The translations under genes were made by a program, and so were the position numbers. From assembly GCA_040899905.1 (NCBI GenBank), contig JBBDZX010000005.1, forward strand, positions 698,199 to 762,198: a stretch of DNA of 64,000 bases, in the 5' to 3' direction. The notes under the pieces are model-generated. The model worked only from the letters and a program-made list of their open reading frames with translations, did not search any database and was not told the origin of the DNA. Of the stretch, positions 46,811 to 54,770 are shown piece by piece. Each line of letters begins with the position of its first letter. Positions within the stretch are counted from its first letter, which is position 1. The stretch is from Anaerolineales bacterium (lineage in GTDB: Bacteria > Chloroflexota > Anaerolineae > Anaerolineales > E44-bin32).

Positions 46811-47182
46811 TTAGCGCCCCAGCACCAAGATCTCGATCACATGCCCTCCCACCCGCAAGAGCCCACTGTAAAAGTGCGTGAAGATGGTCGTGGCGTTGGC
46901 CGGGATCAGCCGGTAAGCGCAGTTATGGTGACGCTGCAAGAGGCCGTAGGCTTTCCAAGCCATCGGGATGGTGAGGAGGCCAAGCAAGGTAGGTAGCGGG
47001 GCCCTCCCCCGCACGACCGGGACCAAGATCGCCAGGTTACGCGGCCGCCACGAGCACCCCGTAGCCCGTCACAGCGGTCTGCGGGTGTGGCGTTCACGGC
47101 GCCGAGCTTGGGCCGGTAGTTCCCGCACAGAAGCTGGCACGAAAACGCCTTGACGGTCTGCTGCTCGATCGGTTTCAGCCAT
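46811..47182 (-). pseudogene. Internally deleted, frameshifted copy of the UbiA-fusion gene at 55855..57321
   Basis: The 5' piece encodes KPIEQQTVKAFSCQLLCGNYRPKLGA (parent MKPIEQQTVKALSWQLLYGNYRPVLGA). It then jumps to the parent C-terminus: HPQTAVTGYGVLVAAA-stop, then in another frame LPTLLGLLTIPMAWKAYGLLQRHHNCAYRLIPANATTIFTHFY. About 1.1 kb is missing. Its ATG shares 1 nt with the YibE/F stop. Confidence 0.65.
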
Positions 47183-48504
47183 CAGCCGTCCGCAGAGTCA
47201 GGATCCTGACCGGACGGCAGAAGGCTGAAGGCGGACAGGCCCCCCTCGTGCACATCACTCAGAGTGAACGGTCCGAGAAACCGTCGCAACCGTCCGAGGC
47301 GGCCATGGTGAAGCGCCACGAGGCAGGACAGAGCGGTGGTGATCGGAACCGCGGCCATCAAACCCAGGGAACCTACGAGCGTGCGCACGACCTCCTCCGC
47401 GACGAATTCGCGGCTGAGGAAACTCAGCCACTGCTCGCCGGAAAGGGACACCAGCAGGAGCAGCGGTAACGACGCTCCCGCATAGGCCAGGACGAGCGTG
47501 TTCACCGTAGCCGCGACGTGGTCCCGCCCAATGCGCATGCCACGGGCGAGTAATTCTCGATATCGCATCCCCGGTGTGGCCAGGTGAAGCTCGAAGACGG
47601 CGGCGGCCTGCGTGATGACGAGATCGTCCAACACGCCGAGTGCACCCACCAGCACACCCCCCAAAACCAGGCCCTGCAAGTTGATCGGCGTCGCAGACGC
47701 CTGGCTGAGGAAGAGGGCCTGTTCACTGCCGAACCCGGTCAGCCGGGTCAGACTGACGAACACGGTGGCGAGGAAACCGGTGAGCACGAGGGCGAGAAAC
47801 GTTCCCAGCACGGCGGCGTGGGTCTTGAGAGTCCACCCGTAGACGAGATAAAGCGTGCAGGCCAGGATCACAAACGCGCTGGTTAGGGTCGCACTCAGCG
47901 GATCATCGCCTCGAAGGACGCGGGGGATCAAGTACCAGAGGATGACGGCCAGACTGAGCGCCATAGCCAACAGGCTGCGCAATCCCTTCCAGCCGCTCAC
48001 GAGGATGCTGAACACGACGAACGCACCAAGCAACCACGCCAGGGCAGGCGTGCGGACGAAATCGACAAAGTACGCCTGGAGAAACCCTCCCGGATCTTCG
48101 GACACGGCAACTAGAATCTTCTCGCCAGGCCGAACGGTGATCCCGGACGGGCGGATCTGGCGCCGCCCGTAGTCGACTTCGAAGAACACACCACGCCAGG
48201 GACCTTCCAGCATCTCAACCCGAAGAATCTGGTAGGTTTGAGATACGTCCCCGAGGTCGATCATGCCCTCTTCGAGGATTTCCATCACCCGCGCCGGAAA
48301 CGTCTCGGCGCTTCCCGCGGGGCCGAATCCCGACGAACTGCCGGGGAGCGGCTTGGGTCCTGTAAGGACGAGCCCGACCAGCAATCCGCTCGCCACGACG
48401 AACGGGATCACTTGAATAGGCCGAAGTTTGGGCACAGGGCGGCGATTATAGCAGTCAGGTATCCGGGGTCTTGCGCGGTACCGCGGCCAGGGCCCGGAAC
48501 GCAA
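47182..48504 (-). CDS. YibE/F-family integral membrane protein
   Basis: An N-terminal extracytoplasmic domain is followed by ~7 TM helices, with GVLDDLVITQAAAVFEL, characteristic of YibE/F proteins. Start uncertain. Confidence 0.7.
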   Translation of the reverse strand: MRSGPWPRYRARPRIPDCYNRRPVPKLRPIQVIPFVVASGLLVGLVLTGPKPLPGSSSGFGPAGSAETFPARVMEILEEGMIDLGDVSQTYQILRVEMLEGPWRGVFFEVDYGRRQIRPSGITVRPGEKILVAVSEDPGGFLQAYFVDFVRTPALAWLLGAFVVFSILVSGWKGLRSLLAMALSLAVILWYLIPRVLRGDDPLSATLTSAFVILACTLYLVYGWTLKTHAAVLGTFLALVLTGFLATVFVSLTRLTGFGSEQALFLSQASATPINLQGLVLGGVLVGALGVLDDLVITQAAAVFELHLATPGMRYRELLARGMRIGRDHVAATVNTLVLAYAGASLPLLLLVSLSGEQWLSFLSREFVAEEVVRTLVGSLGLMAAVPITTALSCLVALHHGRLGRLRRFLGPFTLSDVHEGGLSAFSLLPSGQDPDSADG

Positions 48505-48554
48505 TTCTGCGATGGACGAGGCAATACAATTGGACGACCACGGAGCCTGACCTC

Positions 48555-49424
48555 GTGACTCGACGGCCCTTCACCGGATTGTTTCTTATCGCCATGGCTA
48601 TGTGCCTAGCCTCTTGCACACCGGCTCAGCCTGGTGTTCTGCGTCTGGCGACCACCACGAGCACCGCAGACTCCGGCCTTCTGGAAGCCATCCTTCCCGC
48701 ATTCGAGCGAGAGTTCAACGCCCAGGTGGATGTGGTCGCGGTGGGGACGGGCCAGGCGATCGCGATCGGCCAGAACGGCGATGCGGATGTGATCCTGGTC
48801 CACGCCCGAGCGCGCGAGGACGCTTTCATTGCGGACGGTTACGGATTGGATCGCCGCGACGTAATGTTCAACGACTTCGTTGTGGTCGGCCCACCCGGCG
48901 ACCCGGCCGGGATCCAGGGCATGGGCACAGCGGCAGAGGCGTTCACCGCCATCGCCCAGGCCGGGGCCGCGTTCGCCTCGCGCGGAGACGACTCGGGAAC
49001 GGCTACCAAGGAGAAGGCAATCTGGAAAGCCGCCGGCCTCGAGCCAACAGCCGACGACGCGTGGTACGCGTCGCTCGGCCAGGGCATGGGGGAGACTTTG
49101 CAATACGCCAGTGAAGCCGGAGCCTACACCCTCACCGACCGGGGCACCTACCTATCCCAGCGTGAGAACCTGCCCGGGCTGGTGATTTTGTTCGGAGGGG
49201 ACTCGATCGCCGAGAACCCGGACTCGATCCTCCTGAATCCCTACGGGGTGATCGCCGTGAACCCAGAGCTCCACGAGGGAATCCAGGCCGATCTCGCACA
49301 GCAGTTCGTCCATTGGCTGACGGCGTTGGAAACGCAAGAGGTGATCGCGTCCTATGGCGTGGATCCATTCGGTCAGCCTCTCTTCTATCCAGATTCCGAG
49401 GCCTATCACCGGGCGCACCCCTAG
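48555..49424 (+). CDS. TupA/WtpA-like tungstate/molybdate-type periplasmic binding lipoprotein (orphan)
   Basis: GTG 48555, lipobox AMCLASC, anion-binding motif LATTTSTADSGLLEAILP, and GTGQAIAIGQNGDADVILVHA. No cognate permease or ATPase is adjacent. Confidence 0.75.
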   Translation: MTRRPFTGLFLIAMAMCLASCTPAQPGVLRLATTTSTADSGLLEAILPAFEREFNAQVDVVAVGTGQAIAIGQNGDADVILVHARAREDAFIADGYGLDRRDVMFNDFVVVGPPGDPAGIQGMGTAAEAFTAIAQAGAAFASRGDDSGTATKEKAIWKAAGLEPTADDAWYASLGQGMGETLQYASEAGAYTLTDRGTYLSQRENLPGLVILFGGDSIAENPDSILLNPYGVIAVNPELHEGIQADLAQQFVHWLTALETQEVIASYGVDPFGQPLFYPDSEAYHRAHP

Positions 49425-49510
49425 TTCGGCAGCCGGCTCCCAGCTCCCGGCCACCTGTGGGACGCTAGGCTGCCCCCGTTGTCAATCCTTCGCCACGGAT
49501 CCTTGCCGAT

Positions 49511-49545
49511 GCCTGATGACTGAGTACTGAGGACTGAAGGCTCAT
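49511..49545. repeat. Heptanucleotide tandem repeat (5 units, GACTGAG/TGATGAC family)
   Basis: gcctgat gactgag tactgag gactgaa ggctcat, directly abutting the TGTGA-N6-TCACA palindrome. Confidence 0.7.
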
Positions 49546-49546
49546 T

Positions 49547-49562
49547 TGTGATGGGCTTCACA
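49547..49562. promoter_or_regulatory. CRP/FNR-type palindrome TGTGA-TGGGCT-TCACA upstream of the histidine kinase operon
   Basis: Perfect TGTGA-N6-TCACA. It is centred about 60 nt upstream of the transcription start predicted from a TACAAT box (49602..49607) with a weak -35 TTAGCC at 17-nt spacing. It lies inside a 23-mer identical to 54196..54218. Confidence 0.4.
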
Positions 49563-49667
49563 ATCCGGGTGGCCGCGGTTAGCCATGGCGCTCCCTCCGC
49601 ATACAATCTAGCCCCGGCCAGGATGTAAATCCCTTCCCCATGCGATCGCGACTCGAGACAAGGTAGG

Positions 49668-51248
49668 ATGGGCACGGCGAGCAGCCACGTCGACGCGGGC
49701 CCAGCGCGTTCACCTCGTCAGAAGGATGAGCCGTTTGCGGCCATCTTCGATGCCGCTCCGGACGGGTTGATTCTCACCGATGTGGAGACAGGGCTGGTCC
49801 TCCTGGCCAACCCTGCCGCATGCGCGATGCACCTCGCCAGCCCCGACGAGTTCGTAGGGAGTCTCCCCGTCACATTCCTGCACCCCGACGGTCAGGCCAC
49901 CCTCAAGACCTATTTCCAATCTCTTCGCTCCGCCCACGTATCCGAGGCGCGCCTGCTCCACATCCGGCGGGACGGGTCGACGTTTTTCAGCGAGTGGCGC
50001 GGGACGTCCCTCTCCTATGGGGGCCGTCCCTGCGCATTGAGCGTCGTCCGCGATGTCAGCCAGCGCATCGAAGCGGACCTGAGCCTGCAGCAGCGAGTCG
50101 AAGCCCGGACGCGCGAACAAGCTGCGCTGCTGTCGATTTCTCACACCCTGGCCTCCACCCTGGAGCTCCAACCGGGCCTGATCCTGGAGCAACTGCAAGG
50201 GATGATCGAATTTGGGCACGCTGCGCTTTTCGGGTTGACGGACTCGACTCTGAGCTCGCTGGCCGTGCGCGGGCCGCAGCGGCTGGAACAGGCAGAGCCG
50301 TTCCACATCCGTGTGGCAGAACCGGAGACTCTGGCCCTCCTCTATAACGGTCACCAGCCGATCCGCATTGACGACCTGGCTGGCGAGGACCCAGCGGCGG
50401 TGCTCCTTCGCTCGATCTTGGAGCGGGATGCGCCCGAGCTCTTGGACGGGGCGCGCGCGTGGATGTGGGTGCCGCTGGCCGTCAAGGGGCGGATGATCGG
50501 CGGCCTGGGCATCGCCCATCCTCTTCGGGGGTATTTCACAACCCAGCATGCCGACCTGGCCCTATCGATGGCCGACCAGGTCGCGATCACCATGGTCAGC
50601 TCCGAGGAGTTCGAACTTGCGCAGCGGCTGGCCGCGCTTCAAGAACGCGAGCGCCTAGCGCGAAACCTCCACGACGCCGTCAACCAGTCTCTCTTTTCCG
50701 CCGGGTTGATCGCCGAAGTCCTTCCGCGCTTGTGGGAGCGGGAACCGGACGAGGCCCGCCGTTCGTTGGAGGACCTCCGCCGGCTGACCCGCGGCGCGCT
50801 GGCGGAAATGCGCGCCCTGCTGGCGGAGCTGCGGCCCGCCTCCTTGACCGATGCCGAACTGGGCGACTTACTCCGCTTGCTGGGCAACGCCTTCACCGGA
50901 CGGACCAACGTCCCGGTGAACGTGGCCGTCCACGGCGCGGGCAGCCTGCCCGCCGAGACGCAGGTGGCTGTCTATCGTATCTGCCAGGAAGCGCTGAACA
51001 ACATCGCCAAACATGCCCAAGCCAGTCGGGTGGAGGTCACCGTGCGCTATTCGCCCCATGACATGGAGCTGCTCCTTCGCGACAATGGCTCAGGGTTTGT
51101 CACCACGGACGCGACTCCTACCGGTCACTACGGGTTGGGGATCATGCAGGAACGCGCCGAAGCGGTGGGAGCCGTCCTGACGGTATCCAGCCAGCCGGGT
51201 CAGGGGACGGAAGTCGCGCTACGCTGGCGAGCGCAGGAGGGTTCATGA
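49668..51248 (+). CDS. PAS-GAF sensor histidine kinase (HisKA_3/NarX-type)
   Basis: PAS-like FAAIFDAAPDGLILTD, a central GAF-like region, H-box RLARNLHDAVNQSLFSA, and an HATPase_c domain with GLGIMQERAEAVG. Confidence 0.9.
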   Translation: MGTASSHVDAGPARSPRQKDEPFAAIFDAAPDGLILTDVETGLVLLANPAACAMHLASPDEFVGSLPVTFLHPDGQATLKTYFQSLRSAHVSEARLLHIRRDGSTFFSEWRGTSLSYGGRPCALSVVRDVSQRIEADLSLQQRVEARTREQAALLSISHTLASTLELQPGLILEQLQGMIEFGHAALFGLTDSTLSSLAVRGPQRLEQAEPFHIRVAEPETLALLYNGHQPIRIDDLAGEDPAAVLLRSILERDAPELLDGARAWMWVPLAVKGRMIGGLGIAHPLRGYFTTQHADLALSMADQVAITMVSSEEFELAQRLAALQERERLARNLHDAVNQSLFSAGLIAEVLPRLWEREPDEARRSLEDLRRLTRGALAEMRALLAELRPASLTDAELGDLLRLLGNAFTGRTNVPVNVAVHGAGSLPAETQVAVYRICQEALNNIAKHAQASRVEVTVRYSPHDMELLLRDNGSGFVTTDATPTGHYGLGIMQERAEAVGAVLTVSSQPGQGTEVALRWRAQEGS

Positions 51249-51892
51249 CCGGTCCACCATCTCCACCCATTCGCGTCATGCTGGTGGACGACCACGCCAT
51301 GGTGCGGCGCGGCCTGGCCACTTTCTTGCGGGTGTTCGATGACCTGTTGCTCGCGGGCGAAGCCGAAAGCGGCGAAGCCGCGATCCGGCTCTGTGCCGAG
51401 GTCACGCCTGACGTCATCCTCATGGATATGGTTCTGCCGGGCATGGACGGCGCGGCCACGACCCGCGTGATCCGACAGGAATTTCCTCACACCCAGGTCC
51501 TTGCGCTGACCAGCTTCAAAGAGAAGGAACTTGTCAAGAATGCCCTGGACGCCGGAGCCATCGGCTACCTCCTCAAAGATGTCTCCGCCGATGAGCTTGC
51601 CCGGGCCATTCGGGCCGCCCATGCCGGACGCTCCACCCTTTCGCCGGACGTCGCCGAGGTCATGGTTCAAGCCGCGGGCCAACCGCCCAAGCCCGGCCTC
51701 GACCTGACGGACCGAGAGCGCACCGTGCTCGCCCTCATGGTGGAAGGACTCAGCAACACCCAGATTGCCGGAAGGCTGACGGTCAGTCCTTCCACCATCA
51801 AGTCGCACGTGAGCAACATCCTCAGCAAGCTGGGAGTGTCCAGTCGCACCGAAGCCGTGGCCCTGGCGCTGCGTCACGGACTCGTCCCCTGA
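51245..51892 (+). CDS. NarL/FixJ-family response regulator
   Basis: IRVMLVDDHAMVRRGL, VILMDMVLPGMDG, and LuxR HTH LTDRERTVLALMVEGLSNTQIAGRLTVSPSTIKSHV. ATGA overlap with the kinase stop. Confidence 0.92.
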   Translation: MTGPPSPPIRVMLVDDHAMVRRGLATFLRVFDDLLLAGEAESGEAAIRLCAEVTPDVILMDMVLPGMDGAATTRVIRQEFPHTQVLALTSFKEKELVKNALDAGAIGYLLKDVSADELARAIRAAHAGRSTLSPDVAEVMVQAAGQPPKPGLDLTDRERTVLALMVEGLSNTQIAGRLTVSPSTIKSHVSNILSKLGVSSRTEAVALALRHGLVP

Positions 51893-51924
51893 CCTGATTC
51901 CGCCTCCCCCAAGTGGCGGAGGCG

Positions 51925-51961
51925 AACCCTCCCCGGCCGACGGATGTGTCCGGGGAGGGTT
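51925..51961 (+). terminator. 12-bp perfect hairpin between the response regulator and the single-domain receiver gene
   Basis: AACCCTCCCCGG - 13 nt - CCGGGGAGGGTT. There is no clear U-tract, so it could be a terminator, an attenuator or an RNA-stability element. Confidence 0.45.
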
Positions 51962-51978
51962 GCTTGTACGATGAATTC

Positions 51979-52365
51979 ATGACCCGAGTCTTTTTGGCCA
52001 CCGCCGAACGCGGTGAACGGTCCGCCCTCCGACTTCTCCTGCAGGATCTGGGCATGGAAGTCATCGGCGAAGCGGCCGATTGGCCCACCACTGTCGCGCA
52101 TGTACCCATGAGTCGCAGCGATATGTTGTTGGTGGACTGGGATGTGCTCCCCCGCGCGCCAAGTGTGGCTCTCGATGCCCTTCGAAAGGCCTGCCACGTC
52201 GCGCTGGTCATTGTCCTCATCAGTCATCTGGACGCCCGTCAGCAAGCCGCTCTTTCCGCCGGCGCCGACGCATTCATCAGCAAGGGGGAGACGCCGGAGC
52301 GTGTGGCCGAACACCTGCAAACCGTCGCCGCGCGCGTTTCCGTTCCGCTGACGCCAGCTGCCTGA
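51979..52365 (+). CDS. Single-domain receiver (CheY-like) protein with atypical acidic pocket
   Basis: MTRVFLATAERGE (TAE replaces the usual DD), phospho-acceptor-like MLLVDWDV, VLISH (Ser/Thr position) and AFISKG (Lys position). ATG 51979 was chosen because the hairpin occupies the upstream part of ORF 51913..52365. Confidence 0.55.
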   Translation: MTRVFLATAERGERSALRLLLQDLGMEVIGEAADWPTTVAHVPMSRSDMLLVDWDVLPRAPSVALDALRKACHVALVIVLISHLDARQQAALSAGADAFISKGETPERVAEHLQTVAARVSVPLTPAA

Positions 52366-52456
52366 GAGGTTGGATTTGGGGTAAACCGGCGCGCCACGCT
52401 GTCCCGAGCGCCGGCGCAAACTGGGACAGCTCAGTTTTCAAGGAGCAGGAGGAACG

Positions 52457-52696
52457 ATGAACCAAGACATATTTGCAGGCAAGTGGAAGCAAGTCCGAGG
52501 CGAGGCCAGGGCTTGGTGGGGCAAGCTCACCGATGACGATCTCGATCGAGCCGCCGGCAAACTCGACGTTCTCGCCGGTATTCTTCAGGAAAAGTACGGC
52601 TACACCCGAGAGCGCGCGGCCGAGGAAATCGATAAGCGTGTGACGGCGTTTGAAGCCACTCTGAAAACCGAGGTTGTACCCACGCCGGGCAAGTGA
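52457..52696 (+). CDS. CsbD-family general stress protein
   Basis: AGKWKQVRGEARAWWGKLTDDDLDRAAGKLDVLAGILQEKYGYTRE is a textbook CsbD fold sequence. Strong SD AGGAGCAGGAGGAA. Confidence 0.85.
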   Translation: MNQDIFAGKWKQVRGEARAWWGKLTDDDLDRAAGKLDVLAGILQEKYGYTRERAAEEIDKRVTAFEATLKTEVVPTPGK

Positions 52697-52755
52697 TCGG
52701 TCGGGCGTGAGACCTGCTCCCTATCTTCAGGGATCTGTGTTCTAAGGAGGACCAC

Positions 52756-53163
52756 ATGGACAACAAAGTATCGCAAGTTCGGACGACCCAAAGGGAACCG
52801 GAACGCGAACGACGGATCTTCACGTTCAAGGCTACCCAGTTGGTCTGGCTGGTGTTCGGGGTTCTGGAAGGCATGATCGCACTGCGCATTGGGCTGAAAC
52901 TGATCGGAGCCAACGCGGCCAGCCCGATTGCTGTGTTCATCTATGGCTTCACGGACCTCTTCCTGTGGCCCTTCGCCGGGTTGACGGGAACGCCCGCCGC
53001 AGGCAGCATGGTACTGGAGATCACATCCGTGATCGCCATGCTCGTATACGCCTTGATCGCCTGGGCCCTGGAACGAGTCATCTGGGTGATCTTCTACCGC
53101 CCGCGTGGCCCCGTGGTCGCGACGACGGAAACTTCGACCCGCGAGCACCACACCAACCCATAA
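52756..53163 (+). CDS. YggT-like small membrane protein
   Basis: KATQLVWLVFGVLEGMIALRIGLKLIGANAASPIAVFIYGFTDLFLWPF resembles YggT-family proteins. SD AAGGAGG lies 5 nt upstream. Confidence 0.6.
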   Translation: MDNKVSQVRTTQREPERERRIFTFKATQLVWLVFGVLEGMIALRIGLKLIGANAASPIAVFIYGFTDLFLWPFAGLTGTPAAGSMVLEITSVIAMLVYALIAWALERVIWVIFYRPRGPVVATTETSTREHHTNP

Positions 53164-53198
53164 CGCAAGCCCGACTCAGACTCTAAGGAGAAAACACA

Positions 53199-53555
53199 AT
53201 GGCAAACCAAGAAAGACGAAATTCCGAAACGGGTGATCGCAGCATGTTCGGGCTCCTGGCCGGATTGCTGATCGGCGGCCTGGCCGGCGCCGTCACCATG
53301 CTCTTGCTGGCGCCCCAATCCGGTAAGGATACCCGCTCGCAGATTCGTGACACGGGCATCGACCTTCGCGACCGCACGACCGAAATGGTCGAGGACACGA
53401 TGGCTCAGGTCCGTTCCGGGGCCGACAGGCTCACGAACGGCGGCCGGGCCAAGATCAAGGAACTCACCCTGCAAGGTCAGGAAATGGTTGCCGAGCAACT
53501 GGAGCGCGTGTCCGTGGCCGCTCAGGCCGGCAAGAAGGCACTCCAAAGCTCGTAG
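53199..53555 (+). CDS. YtxH-domain protein
   Basis: FGLLAGLLIGGLAGAVTMLLLAPQSGKDTRSQIRD is the characteristic YtxH N-terminus. SD AAGGAG. Confidence 0.8.
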   Translation: MANQERRNSETGDRSMFGLLAGLLIGGLAGAVTMLLLAPQSGKDTRSQIRDTGIDLRDRTTEMVEDTMAQVRSGADRLTNGGRAKIKELTLQGQEMVAEQLERVSVAAQAGKKALQSS

Positions 53556-53608
53556 GGGTTTCGATTCACGGAGCTGGCAGAACGAAATAGCTCAAGAGGA
53601 GAGGGCGT

Positions 53609-53767
53609 ATGTTGAGCACGATCATCATCATCCTGTTCGTCCTATGGCTGCTCGGGTTTCTTGGCCCGCGCGTGATCCCGAGCATCCCCAGGACCGGTAA
53701 CCTGGTCCACGTGTTAATCGTGATCGTGGTGATCCTGGTGATCTTGAGGCTGCTGAACTTAGCTTAG
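53609..53767 (+). CDS. lmo0937-like small hydrophobic protein (52 aa, below the ORF-track cutoff)
   Basis: My translation: MLSTIIIILFVLWLLGFLGPRVIPSIPRTGNLVHVLIVIVVILVILRLLNLA. SD AGAGGAGAGGG lies upstream. The pattern MLxxIIxILxVLWLLGF...HxLLVIAxxxxIxxL matches the small stress-associated membrane peptide family. Confidence 0.6.
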   Translation: MLSTIIIILFVLWLLGFLGPRVIPSIPRTGNLVHVLIVIVVILVILRLLNLA

Positions 53768-53794
53768 CAGGACCGTCTTCGCACTCTCGTTGTA

Positions 53795-53830
53795 GCCGCC
53801 AGCCCCTTGGGCTGGCGGCACCGCGTTTGG
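53795..53830 (+). terminator. Rho-independent-type terminator after the stress-gene run
   Basis: GCCGCCAGCCC-CTT-GGGCTGGCGGC (11-bp perfect stem) followed by ACCGCGTTTGG. Confidence 0.55.
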
Positions 53831-54199
53831 GGGAGCGATGCCACGGTTCCCATGCATCCGGCGCCGATGTCGGGCGCGCTGGAGAGGATCCTTCTGCCGG
53901 ATGGTGAAGGATTGGAGCTGTCAGGGCCGAACCGCCTCGGCTCGACCGTTCCATACCACCATTGGGCAGGTGCCGATGAGCCACGGAAGCGACGACACCT
54001 GGACCGCGAACCTCGGCCCGTTCACGGGCGGTGGCGACGGGACGGCGGACTATCAGATTCATGCGACCGACGAGCTGGGGAATGTGTCGGATAGCGCCTT
54101 CGGTCAGGTGACCGTCCTGGCGTGTATCCCCGTGGGGGATCTGAGTCTTCAGTTATCAGTCAACCAAGGTTAAACGGCCTCTGAAGATGGAAAGCCATT

Positions 54200-54215
54200 T
54201 GTGATGGGCTTCACA
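54200..54215. promoter_or_regulatory. Second TGTGA-TGGGCT-TCACA palindrome
   Basis: It lies inside the 23-mer CATTTGTGATGGGCTTCACAATC, which is identical to 49543..49565. It sits in a convergent gap, so it is not in an obvious promoter position. Confidence 0.35.
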
Positions 54216-54282
54216 ATCTGAGCTCACGGATCTCGAGGCAGATCTAGACGAGGGTTGCGCGCGCAGATTTCGACTGGTGCTC

Positions 54283-54317
54283 GATGACTGATTCCTGATG
54301 GCTGATGCCTGATGGCT
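54283..54317. repeat. Heptanucleotide tandem repeat (5 units, GATGNCT family)
   Basis: gatgact gattcct gatggct gatgcct gatggct, ending 4 nt before the VOC gene stop. Confidence 0.7.
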
Positions 54318-54321
54318 TCTC

Positions 54322-54719
54322 TCAGCCTCCGGTGATCTGATAGATCTGGATCAGGTTGCCGCACGTATCGTCGAGCACGGCCATCGTCTCCATCCCCGCA
54401 TCGGTAGGCTCTATCGTGAACTTGACCCCCGCTTCCGCAGCCGCTCGTACTCGGCTTGAATATCTTCGACCTGAAAGGCTGTGTATGGGATTCCATCCTT
54501 GACCAGCGATTCCTTCAGGGCCTTCATGGCGGGATAGGTGGCGTTGGGCTCCAGAAGTAGTTCTGTGCCGTCCGGCTCGTCCGCGGAAACCACGGTCAAC
54601 CAACGGACGCCGTGGCCCATCGGAATGTCCCTCTTCTTCACAAAGCCCAACACCTGCGTGTAGAACTTCAACGCCTTGTCGTAATTCGCAATGGGAATGC
54701 TGGCCAGTTTGATTTTCAT
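54322..54719 (-). pseudogene. Glyoxalase/bleomycin-resistance/dioxygenase (VOC) family gene interrupted by a 1-nt frameshift
   Basis: Frame A (54411..54719) reads MKIKLASIPIANYDKALKFYTQVLGF...AEYERLRKRG and then hits a stop. Frame B continues VKFTIEPTDAGMETMAVLDDTCGNLIQIYQITGG to 54322. The junction is a C5 run at 54426..54430; one extra C/G would restore LRKRGVKFTIEP. Confidence 0.7.
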
Positions 54720-54770
54720 CCTCGCCTCTCCACGGGAGATCCGTGGCCACACGACAGCCGAGTTGGCGTC

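Noticed and set aside
53838-54173. 111-aa plus-strand ORF after the stress-gene terminator
   Set aside because: Only the C-terminal part (HGSDDTWTANLGPFTGGGDGTADYQIHATDELGNVSDSAFGQVTVLACIP) looks protein-like, resembling an Ig-like fragment. The N-terminal half is Arg/Cys-rich nonsense, there is no SD, and it sits directly after a terminator. It is possibly another remnant.
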